Positions 12,150 through 25,745 of a stretch of DNA of 64,000 nt are shown here, in pieces (position 1 is the stretch's first letter; the number at the start of each line of letters is the position of its first letter). The stretch is from positions 9,870,894 through 9,934,893 of the forward strand of contig CM082589.2 in NCBI GenBank assembly GCA_040954595.2. The letters run 5' to 3'. The notes beneath the pieces are model-generated. The model was not told the origin of the DNA and searched no databases. It saw only the letters and a list, made by a program, of their open reading frames with translations. A program made the position numbers and the translations under genes. The stretch comes from Balanoglossus misakiensis (Eukaryota; Animalia; Hemichordata).

Positions 12150-12345
12150 CAGCAGCAACAAGCCAGCGGAACAAAAGCAACCATTCCACCACCACAACAA
12201 CAAACATGGCAACAACAACAACAACAGCAACAGTTATCACAACAACAACAACAACAGCTGTAACTAGGACAACAGCCACGGCCGCGACCACAGGTACCTC
12301 AGATGGACTTGGCACCCAGCATGCAACAAACACTGCAACAATCAT
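12150..12345 (+). pseudogene. Second polyglutamine/proline exon with premature TAA (3' boundary uncertain)
   Basis: After the ttaactgcag acceptor in phase 0 it reads QQQQASGTKATIPPPQQQTWQ8LSQ6L*LGQQPRPRPQVPQMDLAPSMQQTLQQS, with TAA at 12261-12263. Confidence 0.6.
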
Positions 12346-12885
12346 GTAGTAATCTGCTGGCTGTTGACATGAGTCTTTTTGATATTCCGAATCAATAAAT
12401 TCTTACAGGAAACTGACTATAATGAACAGGAGACTGTTCATGCCTTCATTACCGTTGTAACTTCTATATACTAAATGAAACCCAGATGCCCAAAGAAATG
12501 TCAGAAAATTCTCAAGGTTTTTTCCAGACAGTCAAGTATTGGGGATTTGGAATATTTATCACTCTCATTTACTGTATACAGACATATCCATTCCAAAGCT
12601 ATCACCTCCACTCATTCTTCAGTGTTCCTTGATTTAAAAAAAAAAATTTAAACAGATCAAATAACACGAAATTGTTATTCCAGTGTAGTAACATAATATA
12701 CTCGGTCTGTACTAATTCTTGCATTAGCTTTACATTGTTTCCATCATAATGCCTTATTTCAATATAACCATATTTGTATGCTGGGAGGATGTAACTAGTT
12801 GTCAGTGTCTATTGTAATACAAAGTATGCCATACACAAAGCAACTGTGCATTGTCTTCTGGTGTGAAAAAATGATACTTAGGATG

Positions 12886-13094
12886 TATGTAAAATGGGAA
12901 ATTTTCATGAGAGATAAATTCGCCCGAATCATGCAAGTGCTAAAAAAACACGAAACTAAAAAGTCGCGTAAACATGTTTTTCAGAAATAATGATGAATTG
13001 AAATTCGAGAATGCGAAAATTAATCGTTGCATAACAGTTGCCACATTTGATATTATGAAAATTTCCCGTTGCGAAAATTTCATGTTTTACAGTA
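12886..13094. mobile_element. Decayed Tc1/mariner-type MITE
   Basis: tatgtaaaatgggaaattttc versus gaaaatttcatgttttacagta form imperfect TIRs, with repeated cgaaaatt motifs inside. Confidence 0.55.
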
Positions 13095-13467
13095 TATAGC
13101 CATATTTTTTCCACTTCCAAAACTAACATCAAGAGTGATGCATGCCACTGGCCCAATAAAGCCTGATAGCTCTTGCTGGGAATTGTGATGTAACTACCAT
13201 CCCCCTTAAAGTCACTGACATAAACTGAACAATGGCGATTGTGTGTAAGGTTATAGTAAAGGCAAGGCTAATTTAAATTTAAAATGGTACCAATCCTTAA
13301 TCACACATATGTATCCTTTGACCAATCATTGGAAAAACAAAGTCCGTGATTGACTTCAAAGTAATGCTAATTACATCACGATTCCCTGCAAGGGGTATCA
13401 TGCTTTATTGGGCCAGTGGCATGCATAGTTTTTTGAAAGCAAAGCAGATAAAATACAGCTATATACT
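13091..13467. mobile_element. Foldback MITE with long inverted arms
   Basis: A perfect 25-bp IR atgcatgccactggcccaataaagc (13138-13162 / 13402-13426) extends imperfectly ~40 bp inward. The outer IR is agtatatagc / gctatatact. Confidence 0.75.
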
Positions 13468-14419
13468 AGACTAATACCTTATTAACTCCTGATCATTGGA
13501 GAATGTATCTCTAAAGTTACTCTCTATCGCTCCCTCAGGGAAGAGAGCAATAGACAGCTCTTTCAGTGTCAGAACTTCCAGTTGTATACCAATCATTTGT
13601 ATTACCCAATCACAGACTTTGTGTTATTGGTCATTTATCTATCCAATTGAAACTCACATGTTCATTGGAGCATTACACCAAAGAAGTCACACTATAACAG
13701 TGACAATACAACACTTGCAAAAACATGGATTGCTCAGGTCAGCCTATCTGGTTCCAGATTATGTGACCCAACTAATGCAGCTATAATGAATGTGTTTGGT
13801 TATATACAGAGAATTGTAGGTTGTATGAGACATGTTAATATTACACTCTAGCATGGGGCAATGTATATTTATCATGTGAAAGCCACAAAGTCACTAGCTC
13901 TTGATGTTCATTTTCTATTTTTGTTGTTGAATAATTTGTTATGAAATTGGATTGAAGCTGAACTCACAGCATATGTGTGGACATAACACGTTTATACGTC
14001 CATGTAATAATTTTTGTTAAAGCCAAACAATTAAATATCACCATTATAACAAAATTAACAACAATCTAACCCCGGGGCTGTCACTAATTTGAATGGATAC
14101 CGATCCAGAGTTAATGTTTCATTGGGAAGTCTAACAGTGTTTTGAAATGTCACATTGTAATTTGAAAGTTTGGGCTTGGGCAGTGACAATGACATTGTTT
14201 GTGTACACAATTTGAAATGGAGCTCTTTGAAAAGAGAAAAGTGGTGTGTGGAAAAGAATGAAGTCTTTGGGCTTATATCAGGTGCCTTCATTTGACTCTC
14301 AAGGAGAGTTTTGTAAAACAATTAACTTGTTGTGTGTCAGCATTATTGGGAAAGATTAAGCACACACATGTATACAGGTTAGATAAAAATGGAAAATTAC
14401 CATCAGCCTTTTTTCTTAG

Positions 14420-14516
14420 CACTCTCACCATTCACCCCCAGTTCCCTGTGTAGACATCCAACTTTTCCAACAGAAACAATGGATTTGGACCGAACCATTA
14501 GTTCATTTGAATACCG
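14420..14516 (+). other. Candidate additional exon of the polyQ pseudogene
   Basis: ttttttcttag acceptor and gtatgt donor around an open frame LSPFTPSSLCRHPTFPTETMDLDRTISSFEY. No homology recognised. Confidence 0.3.
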
Positions 14517-15689
14517 GTATGTATGTAATATCTGTATTTATAACATACCTCATGCTAACACTGTGTCATGATTCGCCAGAATCCGTCAGGTGATAAGAAA
14601 ATAGAATCGACTATGAATCCCTTGGGGAAATAGCAGAAAATATATAAACTGGTCACGTGACCAAAGGGATATAAAAGAATCCCATGCATATACATAGTCA
14701 GTTCACCTCTGTAGCCAGACTGGCCATACATATGAACTGATGATGTCCCTGTTTTAGGCATATGGCTTGTGAAACTGTTAAACCATTTTGTTGTGTTTTG
14801 TGTTTGGTGATCGGCAAAATCCGTGACAAGCATGGTAGAATCAAACTATTAGATGCATGTTAAGAAATATAGTCAATTATTAGGAAGTGACCATAGTTGC
14901 CAAACGATTAAAATCACATTTTTAATAACAATATTCACATGTCATTGTTTCTACATTTCTAGAATTTCAGCCATTCATTTTATGTTTGTGTAAAGAATGA
15001 CACCCTGAGGCTGTTGAATCATGTATAGTGCTGAAGGGAAGGGGGGACACCACTCCTCAATTTCTTTCATTTTGCAAAAGATGCTAAGTTGGTTTATTTT
15101 TTCCGGATATTGCTTATATTGTAATGAAAGTTTGGTATGTTATGCAGTTCTTAAGAAGAGCTTTTGACAAACATTTCAGTGTACTTTCAAGACTGCTAGA
15201 GTATGTACATAGTGTATGCAGCGTTAGGAAGAAATATCTTTGATATTTTTATTCTAACAATTTTCCTATCAGGATAAACAAGTAGACAGAGATATCATGT
15301 TAGGATTTTTGCATACATAAAATAAATATTCTGATAAAATGAGTGCTTTTGTCTGTCTCTTTGATTTCAGGTGAGGATCAGCCGCTCCAACAAATGGTCT
15401 GCTTACTTCCCTTTTTCATCTGATTAAAATCAAATGTAGTGTTAGGCGCTGGTGATGATTTTGGCTATTCTGTTCTCAGTTGTTAGCTGGGAACTACTGG
15501 TCATATTGCTTTGAAAAGTGGTATGCATGTTTCTTATGCCAAGATCATAGAGCTATATAAGTTCTAAGCTAACATCGTGAATTGTCTACTTTTTATGAAT
15601 GTTTTGTCTTTTAACACAATGGTAAAATATTTTCTATGAAAGTAATTGGCTGATTTCTTTAACATTTAGTATAAATCTTCCTATAGGTG

Positions 15690-17060
15690 TAATTGTTGCA
15701 AAGTTTGCACATTTGTAATTATGAGCCAAATTTTGCAATTTTTGGTCAAAAATCGTTTTCTCTGAAACCTCGTGCTTGTCAGATTGCTTTGGGAATTGGT
15801 AGGCATGTTCTCAGGGTTAAGCAATTGTAAGTTGTTTGAAAATTTTGTTGAAATTTGCTTATTTGTGTTCTTGAGGTAACTTGTGATTTTCTTGTTGAAA
15901 CCACTTGTCAGATTGCTTTGAACTTTGGTAAGCATGTTCTCATCGAAGTAAGATATTGTATAATTTTGGTGATGTTTGCATTTTTGTGTTTGGCAGTTTT
16001 GGGACAGTTTTTTTAAATTAGATCATATCTATTTGTTTGGTATTAGGTCATTAACAAAAAATTAAGTCATAGAGTTGGTCACACATATTACTTATAGCAC
16101 AAGTTTGAAAAAAATGACCAGTTTGTGTCGCGTTATCTGCTTTCATTGAGGAGTAACAGCGCCCGCAAGTCAAGTGTTTATGTCACATTTGTATTGGTAT
16201 ATTCCAGTGGGACCTTATGAGATCGGTACGTTGCATCTGTATGGATGTATGGGAGTATGTCCATCCACATCAAAAACTTGAAGACTGCTACGCGTACAAC
16301 CTCGATATTTGGTGTGTAGATGCATACCGGGTTGTAGATGGGAGTTTGTTCAAACGAAGTTGACATTGCCAAAAATATGCAAATTTTCTGGGAAAAACCT
16401 TAATTTGGTCAAAACTCAGAAACTCAGCAACCCCTGGTCATAATGATTCTGTATGTTTTGAGGTAATACTTTGAATTTTCTATTTTTCGCATTTGTTTGT
16501 CTTTTTCTACATTTTTGTAAAAAAACTACCTTTCTGGAATTAATCAGCCCACCTCTTTGAAATTTAGTATGGAGCTTCATATAGGTGATCTGAGTTACTA
16601 AAGTTTTGTTTAAATTGCTGCAAAATTTGCGAGCAATTTTTACCTTTTTGATCATTTTTTAAATGTAAAACAGCTCATAGATTGCTTTGGAAATTTGCAT
16701 GTATGTTTGTCAAATCAACTAGAAGAATTTAATATTATATTTTTGGGGTGATTTTTGCCATTTTTGGTCAAAACTCTTTCTCAGAACCCTCTACTCCATT
16801 GCTTTCAAATTTGATTTAAAGGTTCCTGGGTGCGTTGTCATGATAATTTACAAAACCAATGATGAAAGTGTCAATGCTTTTTGTTGGCAATATCTTGTAT
16901 TTTGGGGGCATATTTTCCAATTTTGAAAAATAATAGTTCCCAGTGTATTACTCTAAAATTGAGTTAATAGTATTGGAATTATAATGGAATCAAATTATAG
17001 GTAATTCGGAACTTTTATATTTTGTAGGGTATTTTGTTATATACAAAAACAAAATTCATC
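15690..17060 (+). repeat. Cluster of decayed HINE-type core repeats with a head-like segment near 16177
   Basis: Recurrent cagattgcttt.aaatttg and tttttggtcaaaa motifs, and a gtat/gtcc microsatellite relic at 16235-16270. Confidence 0.5.
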
Positions 17061-17199
17061 TCCGCGACCAGCTGTTCTTTTTGGTGCATGGACAGTGTTG
17101 GCCTGTCGATTTATCTATATTTAGAAAATTTGATCAAATTCAAACTTGAATTGCATTGAATCAATTTTAATTCCCGCCAAGAACACTTTATTGACTACA

Positions 17200-18850
17200 A
17201 ACGTTTGTTTTGTTGGATGGGTAAAATTTAAGACCTCTCGACCAACGCAGAGTGAAGTTTAATACTTTTGAAGTTGTCAAAATCGACTAAACAGAGCGAG
17301 AAAAACGGCAATTTGCGCTGTCGGCACATTTCTTCTCCTGCCTCGAATTATCGACACCAGGACCCCCCCCCCCCCCAAAAAAAAATATCAATTATGGATC
17401 ATCAAATAACTAGACTGCATCGTCCATGAAATCAAACTCGACGACAAAAAAACTTCGCCGATTCCGAGGTAAACGCATCCCGACAGGATAAGAACTCCGC
17501 TATTTGATGTCATCTGATTTCTCTGTAAACATTGGTTGGTCGTTACTTCGGGAATGGCACTTAATCTTCTCGGTTCGGCCTTTAATTTCCATGACCCCGG
17601 TTGTTTCGGCCAAGACGCAAACTGGTTCTTCACTTTGTAGTTCAGTAAAGTTGGCGAATGGGATAGTCTGTTAATGGTGAATGCAGGCCTGAACGCAGTG
17701 CTAGCGAACGGGACAAATTGACATAATAAAAGCGAGCGTGTTGTCAGATTAGTGGGACTGTCATATCATGAACACAATACGGGAGGCGTGATAAGGGCAT
17801 TATAAAGAGCGAGCGTGAAACAGACATGGAAACGATCGACAGTACGGTACAGTGGCTGTGGGTAGAGCGAGCATGTTGCTGTGCCGAACACATTCACCAT
17901 GTTTGTTAAATACAACACACACCGACTTGACCTGCGGCCGCAGCTGCAGCTTCCTAACGCGCCCTAATCCAAGCAGTTTACGATCTCGTGGATCGTGGTT
18001 GGACCAACAAAATGACCCAGAAAGAGAACCACATTAGGAAGTATTATAGGTCTGTTTCCTCAAAGTCGAATAGGTGCAAAACTTAACGCACATCAAAATG
18101 TTGCCCAGACAACGGAAGTTAGCAGTTTGCTTGCTCGGTTTGAAATGCGCGGCTGTGGTAGAAAATTACCCCCTGTTCTTTGGGACGTGAGCCACCCCCC
18201 TGAGACAATGGTGCACTCACACTCGAGAACATAGGTTTGCTATTTGCATATACAAATGGAATATTCCTTCGAATGCGAGCATGTTCCAATGCGTTCTAAA
18301 ATAATAAAATATGCAGCTATAGCATGTATGCATATTCATTAGTGTGTCGTAATGCTAACTATGGTCTGTGATTGGGTAACAAGTCCCACTCTCCATAACA
18401 ACAGGTGATCATTGACCCGTTTCCGGTGTGCGACGCCGGGTTTCGACCACTTTCCTTCTTACTGCCGCGGGATCAAGACGTCTTTTCGGTAGGCTCATAA
18501 TCCAGTCATTGTTTTTAGTACCATAGCCTATGTAGCTACGTTACCGTCGCTCGATTGTTTAGTCTGGTATTAGGTGATTTGCAGCTATCCGTTCAACACC
18601 TTGTAGTTGAACAGAAGTAGGTCTTATTCCAGAAAAAAATCCGAGCTACGGGCGTGCAGCTAGCCATGCCTCTCGGCCATTCTGTGTATGGCTTCGCTGC
18701 TGACCCTGAGGTCATAATCGAGAAAGTCTAGACATATTTATAGGGTTATACTCTGTGAGAATTTTATTGCTAGGCCTCTTGCCTAAGCGCACGTAGAGCC
18801 AGTGTTTGCATTTTTTTTTAATTTTACGGTTTAAACGTGGTTGGTGTATT
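17200..18850. promoter_or_regulatory. CpG-rich promoter-like island
   Basis: CpG density is visibly higher than in the flanks. Contains an ETS-like ttccgg (18421), a pyrimidine tract ctttccttctt (18450) and repeated agcgagcgtg motifs. Confidence 0.35.
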
Positions 18851-19009
18851 TTCGCTTTTCTGTTTGTTTTTTCGTAACATTTTACTGTTTACATGTTGTT
18901 GGCGTATTTTCGCTTTTCTGGTGTGATTTCCACCTCACTGTTGGCATACTTAAACAATTATCCTAATTTTTATTGGGCAAACCGATAAAACCAAAACCAC
19001 CACAAGTAA

Positions 19010-19560
19010 AGAAAATTGTAATCTGTTTGGTGATAACCCTTTTAGCTTTGAGAGATAACCGATTTGATGTTTTAGTAAAACCAAATTTTTGACCAGGGTG
19101 ACAAGCATTTTTTTCTCTGAGAGTCGTGTTGCTTTGAAGCATACATTTGGATATATGGTCCTATTTGATGAAAACCTGGTTGATGAAAAATGTGCATATT
19201 TATAATTTTGTAGAATTTTTTGTCTTTTTTGGTCAAAAATTGTTTTATCTAAAACTGCTTGTCAGATTGCTTTCAAATTTTGCAGGGTTGTTCCTTGGGA
19301 ATAATTAAGTGAGATGTTTTAGAAAAATACTTGAAATATGCATATTTGCGTTTTGTGTGTGATAGTTTTGGAATTTTTCATTAAAAATTATTTTCTTTCA
19401 AACTGATTGTCAGATTGCCTTGAGCTTTGGTAGGCATGTTCCCTGAAGCGATTGACGTAAGATATTGTACAATTTTGGTGAAAATACTGATTTTTCTGAA
19501 ACTGCATATGGGATTGCTTTGAAATTTGATAGTATTATTGCAATGGGTAACCCAAGTTTT
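19010..19560 (+). repeat. Decayed HINE-type core repeats (same family as 15690-16000)
   Basis: cttgtcagattgctttcaaattt and ttggtaggcatgttc motifs. Confidence 0.55.
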
Positions 19561-21431
19561 GTCTGATTGTGTTGATTTCCCTATACTGAGACTCGCCAAG
19601 TACACTATATGTTTATATCACTAGAGAGTTCAGAATCCAATATGGCCGCCATACGAACTGGGACATACTGTGTAATCTGATTATTTTCTAAACTTGTCAT
19701 ATTTTAATTTCTCGATCTCACAAATAAAAATGAAATGCCAAAAACTTAGTAACTTTCGTTTCTTCCCGCTTGGTGTCCATTAAAGTCTTTTTCCTCCCAC
19801 TGGGAAAGTGGCTAGAGTCAATATGTGCATAATGGCAGCATTATATGGCACTGAATAAATGGCAGGGGTGTTTACATCTCCTAATTTGTTTTCACTTAAA
19901 CCATGATAAATATCTAACATTATATGATCATATTGTGTATGCAACTCGGAGATGCGTTTCACTTCAGGGTTGGAAGTTTGTTTAGTCAAGTCTGGGAAGT
20001 GACATGTCTTCAAAGTGACTGATGTTATCTGCTTAGAGCTGAATGCCCATGGGTGTTCTTTCCTAGAAATACATTTTCTTTGCATTTCATAGACCTGTGT
20101 ATAATTATAATTTCAGTTATATATTCTAATTTGTGTTTAGGTAGAGTATGCATGGAATTAAAATAATTATTCTGTAATTACCCAACAAAAATGTTTGTCT
20201 TACAATTGTCTAGCAAGTGGGTATTTTGATTGTTAATTTGCACAGGCAACATTATGGAAGTAGCATAAAGAGTATTCGATAATATAGCAGACCTTCTAGC
20301 CAGAAAGAAGAGCTTAGAAGATTTATCAGCTCATAATATTCCTTTAACCAATGAACTTTATATGAACTTGCACACCTGCCTTCAAGATACAGGGATTAAT
20401 GTTCAGGAAACCTTACCAGCTCTAGTACATTTATTTCAGCCAGAAATTGAATTACCAGAAAAAAAAATCAGTAATGTTACAAAGAAACAGTAAGAAAATA
20501 AATGGAGAAAGCCAGCAAGGAAGGCAGAAAAGTGGAATACATGAAATACACAGTTTGCTTAAACTACATGTGTATGCAGTAAAAACTGTATGGTGCAAGG
20601 ACGTTCAGTTTTATGATTTATAGCCAGCCAGTCTTTCCATGCATATCATACCAAAATTAATATGAAAATCGTGTAAATGTTAATAGACTACAAGGATAGT
20701 ACAAATACATGTAGACATTACACTATCCAACTTTCTCCACTTTTGATATCTGCCCAACACAGGCAAGCAAAAGGGCCGATCTGAGAGTTTGACTTGAATG
20801 ATGGCAATTTTTGCTGTCCAGAAGTAACTGTATAAAATATTTTTGGTAGTAGTATTATTGCTCAAAATACACAAGAATTTAAATATTTCCACTCACTACA
20901 GTGATTGAACTGATTTTCAGCAAATTGCAGTGTATAAACAGATATTGCCATCTAATGAAATATCAATCCAATATGGCCGCCCATTTGCAATGGTAAAATG
21001 CTAGGTTTTTCCTTTTTTGAGCGCCTGGGAATTTAAATTGTAATCCAGATATCAAAAACTGAAGTCACTATCTGTATCTGCACATATATTGTAATATATT
21101 CTGAAAATTTCGTTACAATTAGATCAACTATGATTGAGACACGGAACATCAAACATTGCAAAATTTCATATTTCCCATGGTGCCATGCAAAAAATAGAGA
21201 GATTTTCTTTACAAGTTTAGATGATCTCCTGTAAAACTGAAAGAAGTATTCTTCTGTGAATCGTGCATAATTTTTTGAAAAATGTTGAAGATACTTGAGA
21301 ATATCAGTATTTTTTGATGCTTTTGTACCTTGAAAACTGGTGAACCGATTTTGATAATTTTCTTTATTATAACCTACAAAGACCTATAAAATTTTTTATC
21401 AGTAAAATAAACAGCCTTATATAATTTTACC

Positions 21432-21703
21432 GGTCCAGCTGTTACAGAGACCACCGGCTATTTTATTATAAACTGGTGGTAGGTCAGTGAATGCCTCTGT
21501 CTGATTGGACTAATTAGCTTGTCATACTCGCATATATTTTACAGACAGTTTTTGGACAAAAATCAGTTGTGGTCCAGCTGTTACAGAGACCACCGGTTAT
21601 TTTATTATAAACTGGTGGTAGGTCAGTGAATGCCTCTGTCTGATTGGACTAATTAGCTTGTCATACTCGCATGTATTTTACAGACAGTTTTTGGACAAAA
21701 ATC
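21432..21703 (+). repeat. 139-bp tandem duplication of a HINE-like head
   Basis: ggtccagctgttacagagaccaccgg starts at 21432 and at 21571, and the two copies are nearly identical. Confidence 0.9.
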
Positions 21704-22449
21704 TGTTTTTTTTAGTGCTGCTTGTAAGATTGCAGTGACAAATAACACTTGATTGAGCATGGTGAATTTTTTTATGTTTCCATAGTATTTGAATATTTTT
21801 GCCATATATGCTTGCCAATGTCGCCCGCGATTTAATTCTGGTGAATACCTAAAATCTGTGTAATCCCCAAATGGCACAACAGTTTCCTATACGCTATGTT
21901 TTAAGAAGTTAATTATACATAGACATAGTGACCTCTGGCTTACCATTTCTAGCCATCCACAACAGATACAGAGTTTGCTTTCTGTTGGAACCATGCTAAC
22001 TGCTTTGGCCCCTGTAATGTTGCATGTTCCTTTAATTGTCTTCTTCATGTTGGCCATATTGGATTTTCTGATAACCTCTTAAAGTTGACATTTTTTCAAA
22101 ACTACATGGCCAATCAAGTTCTAATTTACTGTCCCTTCCAATTTTTTTCAATAATATTGTTAGTGGTCATGCGACTTTGGATTCATTATGGATTGTTGAA
22201 AAATCTCATTTAACATTTCCAAAATCTTTTTCTAATCAAGTTTTCAAGTGTATTGTGATTAGTTAAACCTTATTGGAGCCAAATTGGACTTTCTGAACTC
22301 TAATTAAAGACAAAGATTTCCTATTTCTAGCCTACTCATTTAAAGCACACATTCATTTTATTGATACGAGTCACCATATGTATAGAATACGTTACATTTT
22401 TTGGCAAATTTCACATGTCCTTTGATTCAGATTTGTTAGAACTGAATTG

Positions 22450-23490
22450 TACTTGGATATGTCTCTTGTTAAAAAGCACAACAGTCATGATTGTGTTCAC
22501 ATGAGTTTTATTGCTGCCAGGACATAACCCAAATATTTTGATAATTTTGGCAATGACCCTTGTTCTACTTGGATATGTCTCTAGTCTTGTTAAAAAGCAC
22601 AACAGTCATAATTGTGTTCACATGAGTTTTATTGCTGCCAGGACATAACCCAAATATTTTGATAATTTTGGCGATGACCCTTGATCTACTTGGATATGTC
22701 TCTTGTTAAAAAGCACAACAGTCATGATTTTGTTCACATGAGTTTTATTGCTGCCAGGACATAACCAAAATATTTTGATAATTTTGGCAATGACCCTTGA
22801 TCTACTTGGATATGTCTCTTGTTAAAAAACACAACAGTCATAATTGTGTTCACATGAGTTTTATTGCTGCCTGGACATAACCTACATATTTTGATAATGT
22901 TGGCAATGATCCTTGATCTACTTGGATATGCCTCTTGTTAAAAAGCACAACAGTCATGATTGTGTTCACATGAGTTTTATTGCTGCCAGGACATAACCCA
23001 AATATTTTGATAATTTTGGCAATGACCCTTGATCTACTTGGATATGTCTCTTGTTAAAAAGCACAACAGTCATGATTGTGTTCACACGAGTTTTATTGCT
23101 GCCAGGACATAACCCAAATATTTTGATAATTTTGGCAATGACCCTTGATCTACTTGGATATGTCTCTTGTTAAAAAGCACAACAGTCATTATTGTGTTCA
23201 TATGAGTTTTATTGCTGCCAGGACATAACCAAAATATTTTGATAATTTTGGCAATGACCCTTGATCTACTTGGATAGGTCTCTTGTTAAAAAGCACAACA
23301 GTCATGATTTTGTTCACATGAGTTATATTGCTGCCAGGACATAACCCAAATATTTTGATAATTTTGGCCATGACCCTTGATCTACTTGGATATGTCTCTT
23401 GTTAAAAAGCACAACAGTCATGATATTGTACACATGAGTACTATTGCTGCCTGGACATAACCCAAATATTTTGATAATTTTGGCCATGGT
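22450..23490. repeat. 116-bp tandem array (~9 copies)
   Basis: tctacttgga occurs at 22801, 22917 and 23381 (580 = 5x116). Confidence 0.95.
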
Positions 23491-25179
23491 CTACTTTCCC
23501 ATAACTTGCCATGCACAGCAGATACGGCTTTCAAATTTAGAGGACTGGAACACCTAATGAAGTATTAATCTTTAACACAATCGTTATGTACTTATCCTAT
23601 TTAAAGTTAACCAATTGAGCTTAGAAGTTTGGTTCTTGTTGGACACTTATCAGTTTGATGTCAAAATTTGTTGGCACAAATTTGCGTGACCTCTGGCTTA
23701 CTTACCATTTCTCAGCATCCATAACAGATACAGCCTTTGCTTTCTGTTGGAACCATGCTAACCACTTTGGTCACTCCAATGCTGCTTATAGTTGGGTCTT
23801 CTTCATGGCGGCCATATTGGATTTTCTGATAATCTCTAAAAGTGTACATTTTTTTCTAAACTGCAGGGCCAATCAAGTTCTAATTTACTGGCCGTTCCAA
23901 TTTTTTTTCAATTATATTAATAGTGGTCATGTGAATTTGGATTTATTATGGATTTTTTCAAAAACTCATGAAGATTTCCAAAATCTTTTTTAATCAAGCT
24001 TTCAAGTGAATTGTGATTGGTTAAACCTTATTGAAGCCAAATTGGATTGTCTGAACTCCGATTAAAAACTAAAATTTCCTATTTCAAGGCTACTGAATGA
24101 TAGCACACCAATCCTTTTTATGGATACGAGTCACCATAAGACCAGAATATGTTAAACAATTTTTATCAACTTTCACATGTCCTTTCATCCATTTTTTCAA
24201 CACTTAATTATACAATTTTTTTGCAACTGTCATTCGTCTTTTGATCCAGATCTTTCAGAACTTAATTCTACGTTGATATGCCTCTTGTTAAAAAGCACAA
24301 GAGTCGTGATTTTGTTCACATGAGTACTACTGCTGCCCGGACATAACCCAAATATTTTGATAATTTTGGCAGTAACTTTTGATCTACATTCCCATAACTT
24401 GGCATGCACAGCAGATACAGCTTTTAAATTTAGAGGACTGGAACACCTAATAAAGTACATGTATTAACTTTAACACAATAATTATGTATATAAGCTATTT
24501 AAAGTTAACCAATAAAGCGTAGAAGTCTGCTTTTTGTTGGACACTGATCAGTTTGGTATCAAATTTTGTTGGCACATTTTGCATCACCTCTGGCATACTT
24601 TACCATTTCTAGGCATCCACAACAGATGCAGCATTTGCTTTCTGTTGGAACCATGCTAACCGCTTTGGCCACTCCAATGCTGCTTGTAGCTCTAATTGTC
24701 TTCTTCATGGTGGCCATATTGGAATTTCTAATAACCTTTAAAAGTTGACATTTTCATAAACTACAGGGCCAATCAAATTCTAGTTTACTGTAGGGTTGAA
24801 AGTTTGACAAAAATATCATTAGTGGTCAAGTGACTTTGGGTGCCTAATTGGATTGTTTAAAAATCTCATTAAAAAATTACAGAACATCTTTTTCTAATCA
24901 AGTTTTCAAGTGAATTGTGATTGGTGTCACCTTATTGGAGCCAAATTGGATTTTTCTAAACACTGATTAAAAACTAAGATTTTCTATTTCTAGCCTACTC
25001 ATTGAAAGCACACAAATTAATTTTATGGATACGAGTCGCCATATGACTAGAATACGTTACATTTTTTGGCAACTTTCACATGTCCTTTGATCCAGTTTTT
25101 TCAAAACTTGATTAAACAATTTGTTGGCAACTCTCGCATGTCCTTTGACCCAGTAATTCCATAACTAAATTTTATGTGG

Positions 25180-25745
25180 ATATGGCTCTTGATAAAAAGC
25201 TAAACAGTCATGATTTTGTTCAAAGAGTACTACTGCTGCCAGGACATAACCCAAATATTTTGATAATTTTGGCAATGACCCTTGATCTACTTGGATATGT
25301 CTCTTGTTAAAAAGCACAACAGTCATGATTTTGTTCACATGAGTTTTATTGCTGCCAGGACATAACCCAAATATTTTGATAATTTTGGCAATGACCCTTG
25401 ATCTACTTGGATATGTCTCTTGTTAAAAAGCACAACAGTCATGATTTTGTTCACATGAGTTTTATTGCTGCCAGGACATAACCCAAATATTTTGATAATT
25501 TTGGCCATGACCCTTGATCTACTTGGATATGTCTCTTGTTAAAAAGCACAACAGTCATGATTTTGTTCACATGAGTTTTATTGCTGCCAGGACATAACCC
25601 AAATATTTTGATAATTTTGGCCATGACCCTTGATCTACTTGCATATGTCTCTTGTTAAAAAGCACAACAGTCATGATTTTGTACACATGAGTACTATTGC
25701 TGCCTGGACATAACCCAAATATTTTGATAATTTTGGCCATGATCT
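25180..25745. repeat. 116-bp tandem array (~5 copies)
   Basis: Same monomer as 22450-23490. Confidence 0.92.

Noticed and set aside
12031-12349. Thr-rich mucin-like and Val-rich ORFs
   Set aside because: These are alternative frames of the CAA-rich polyQ exon. The same applies to 10430-10741.
15371-15423. Terminal exon of the polyQ gene after a strong acceptor
   Set aside because: Only a splice-like signal is present; the frame is ambiguous and no homology is recognised.
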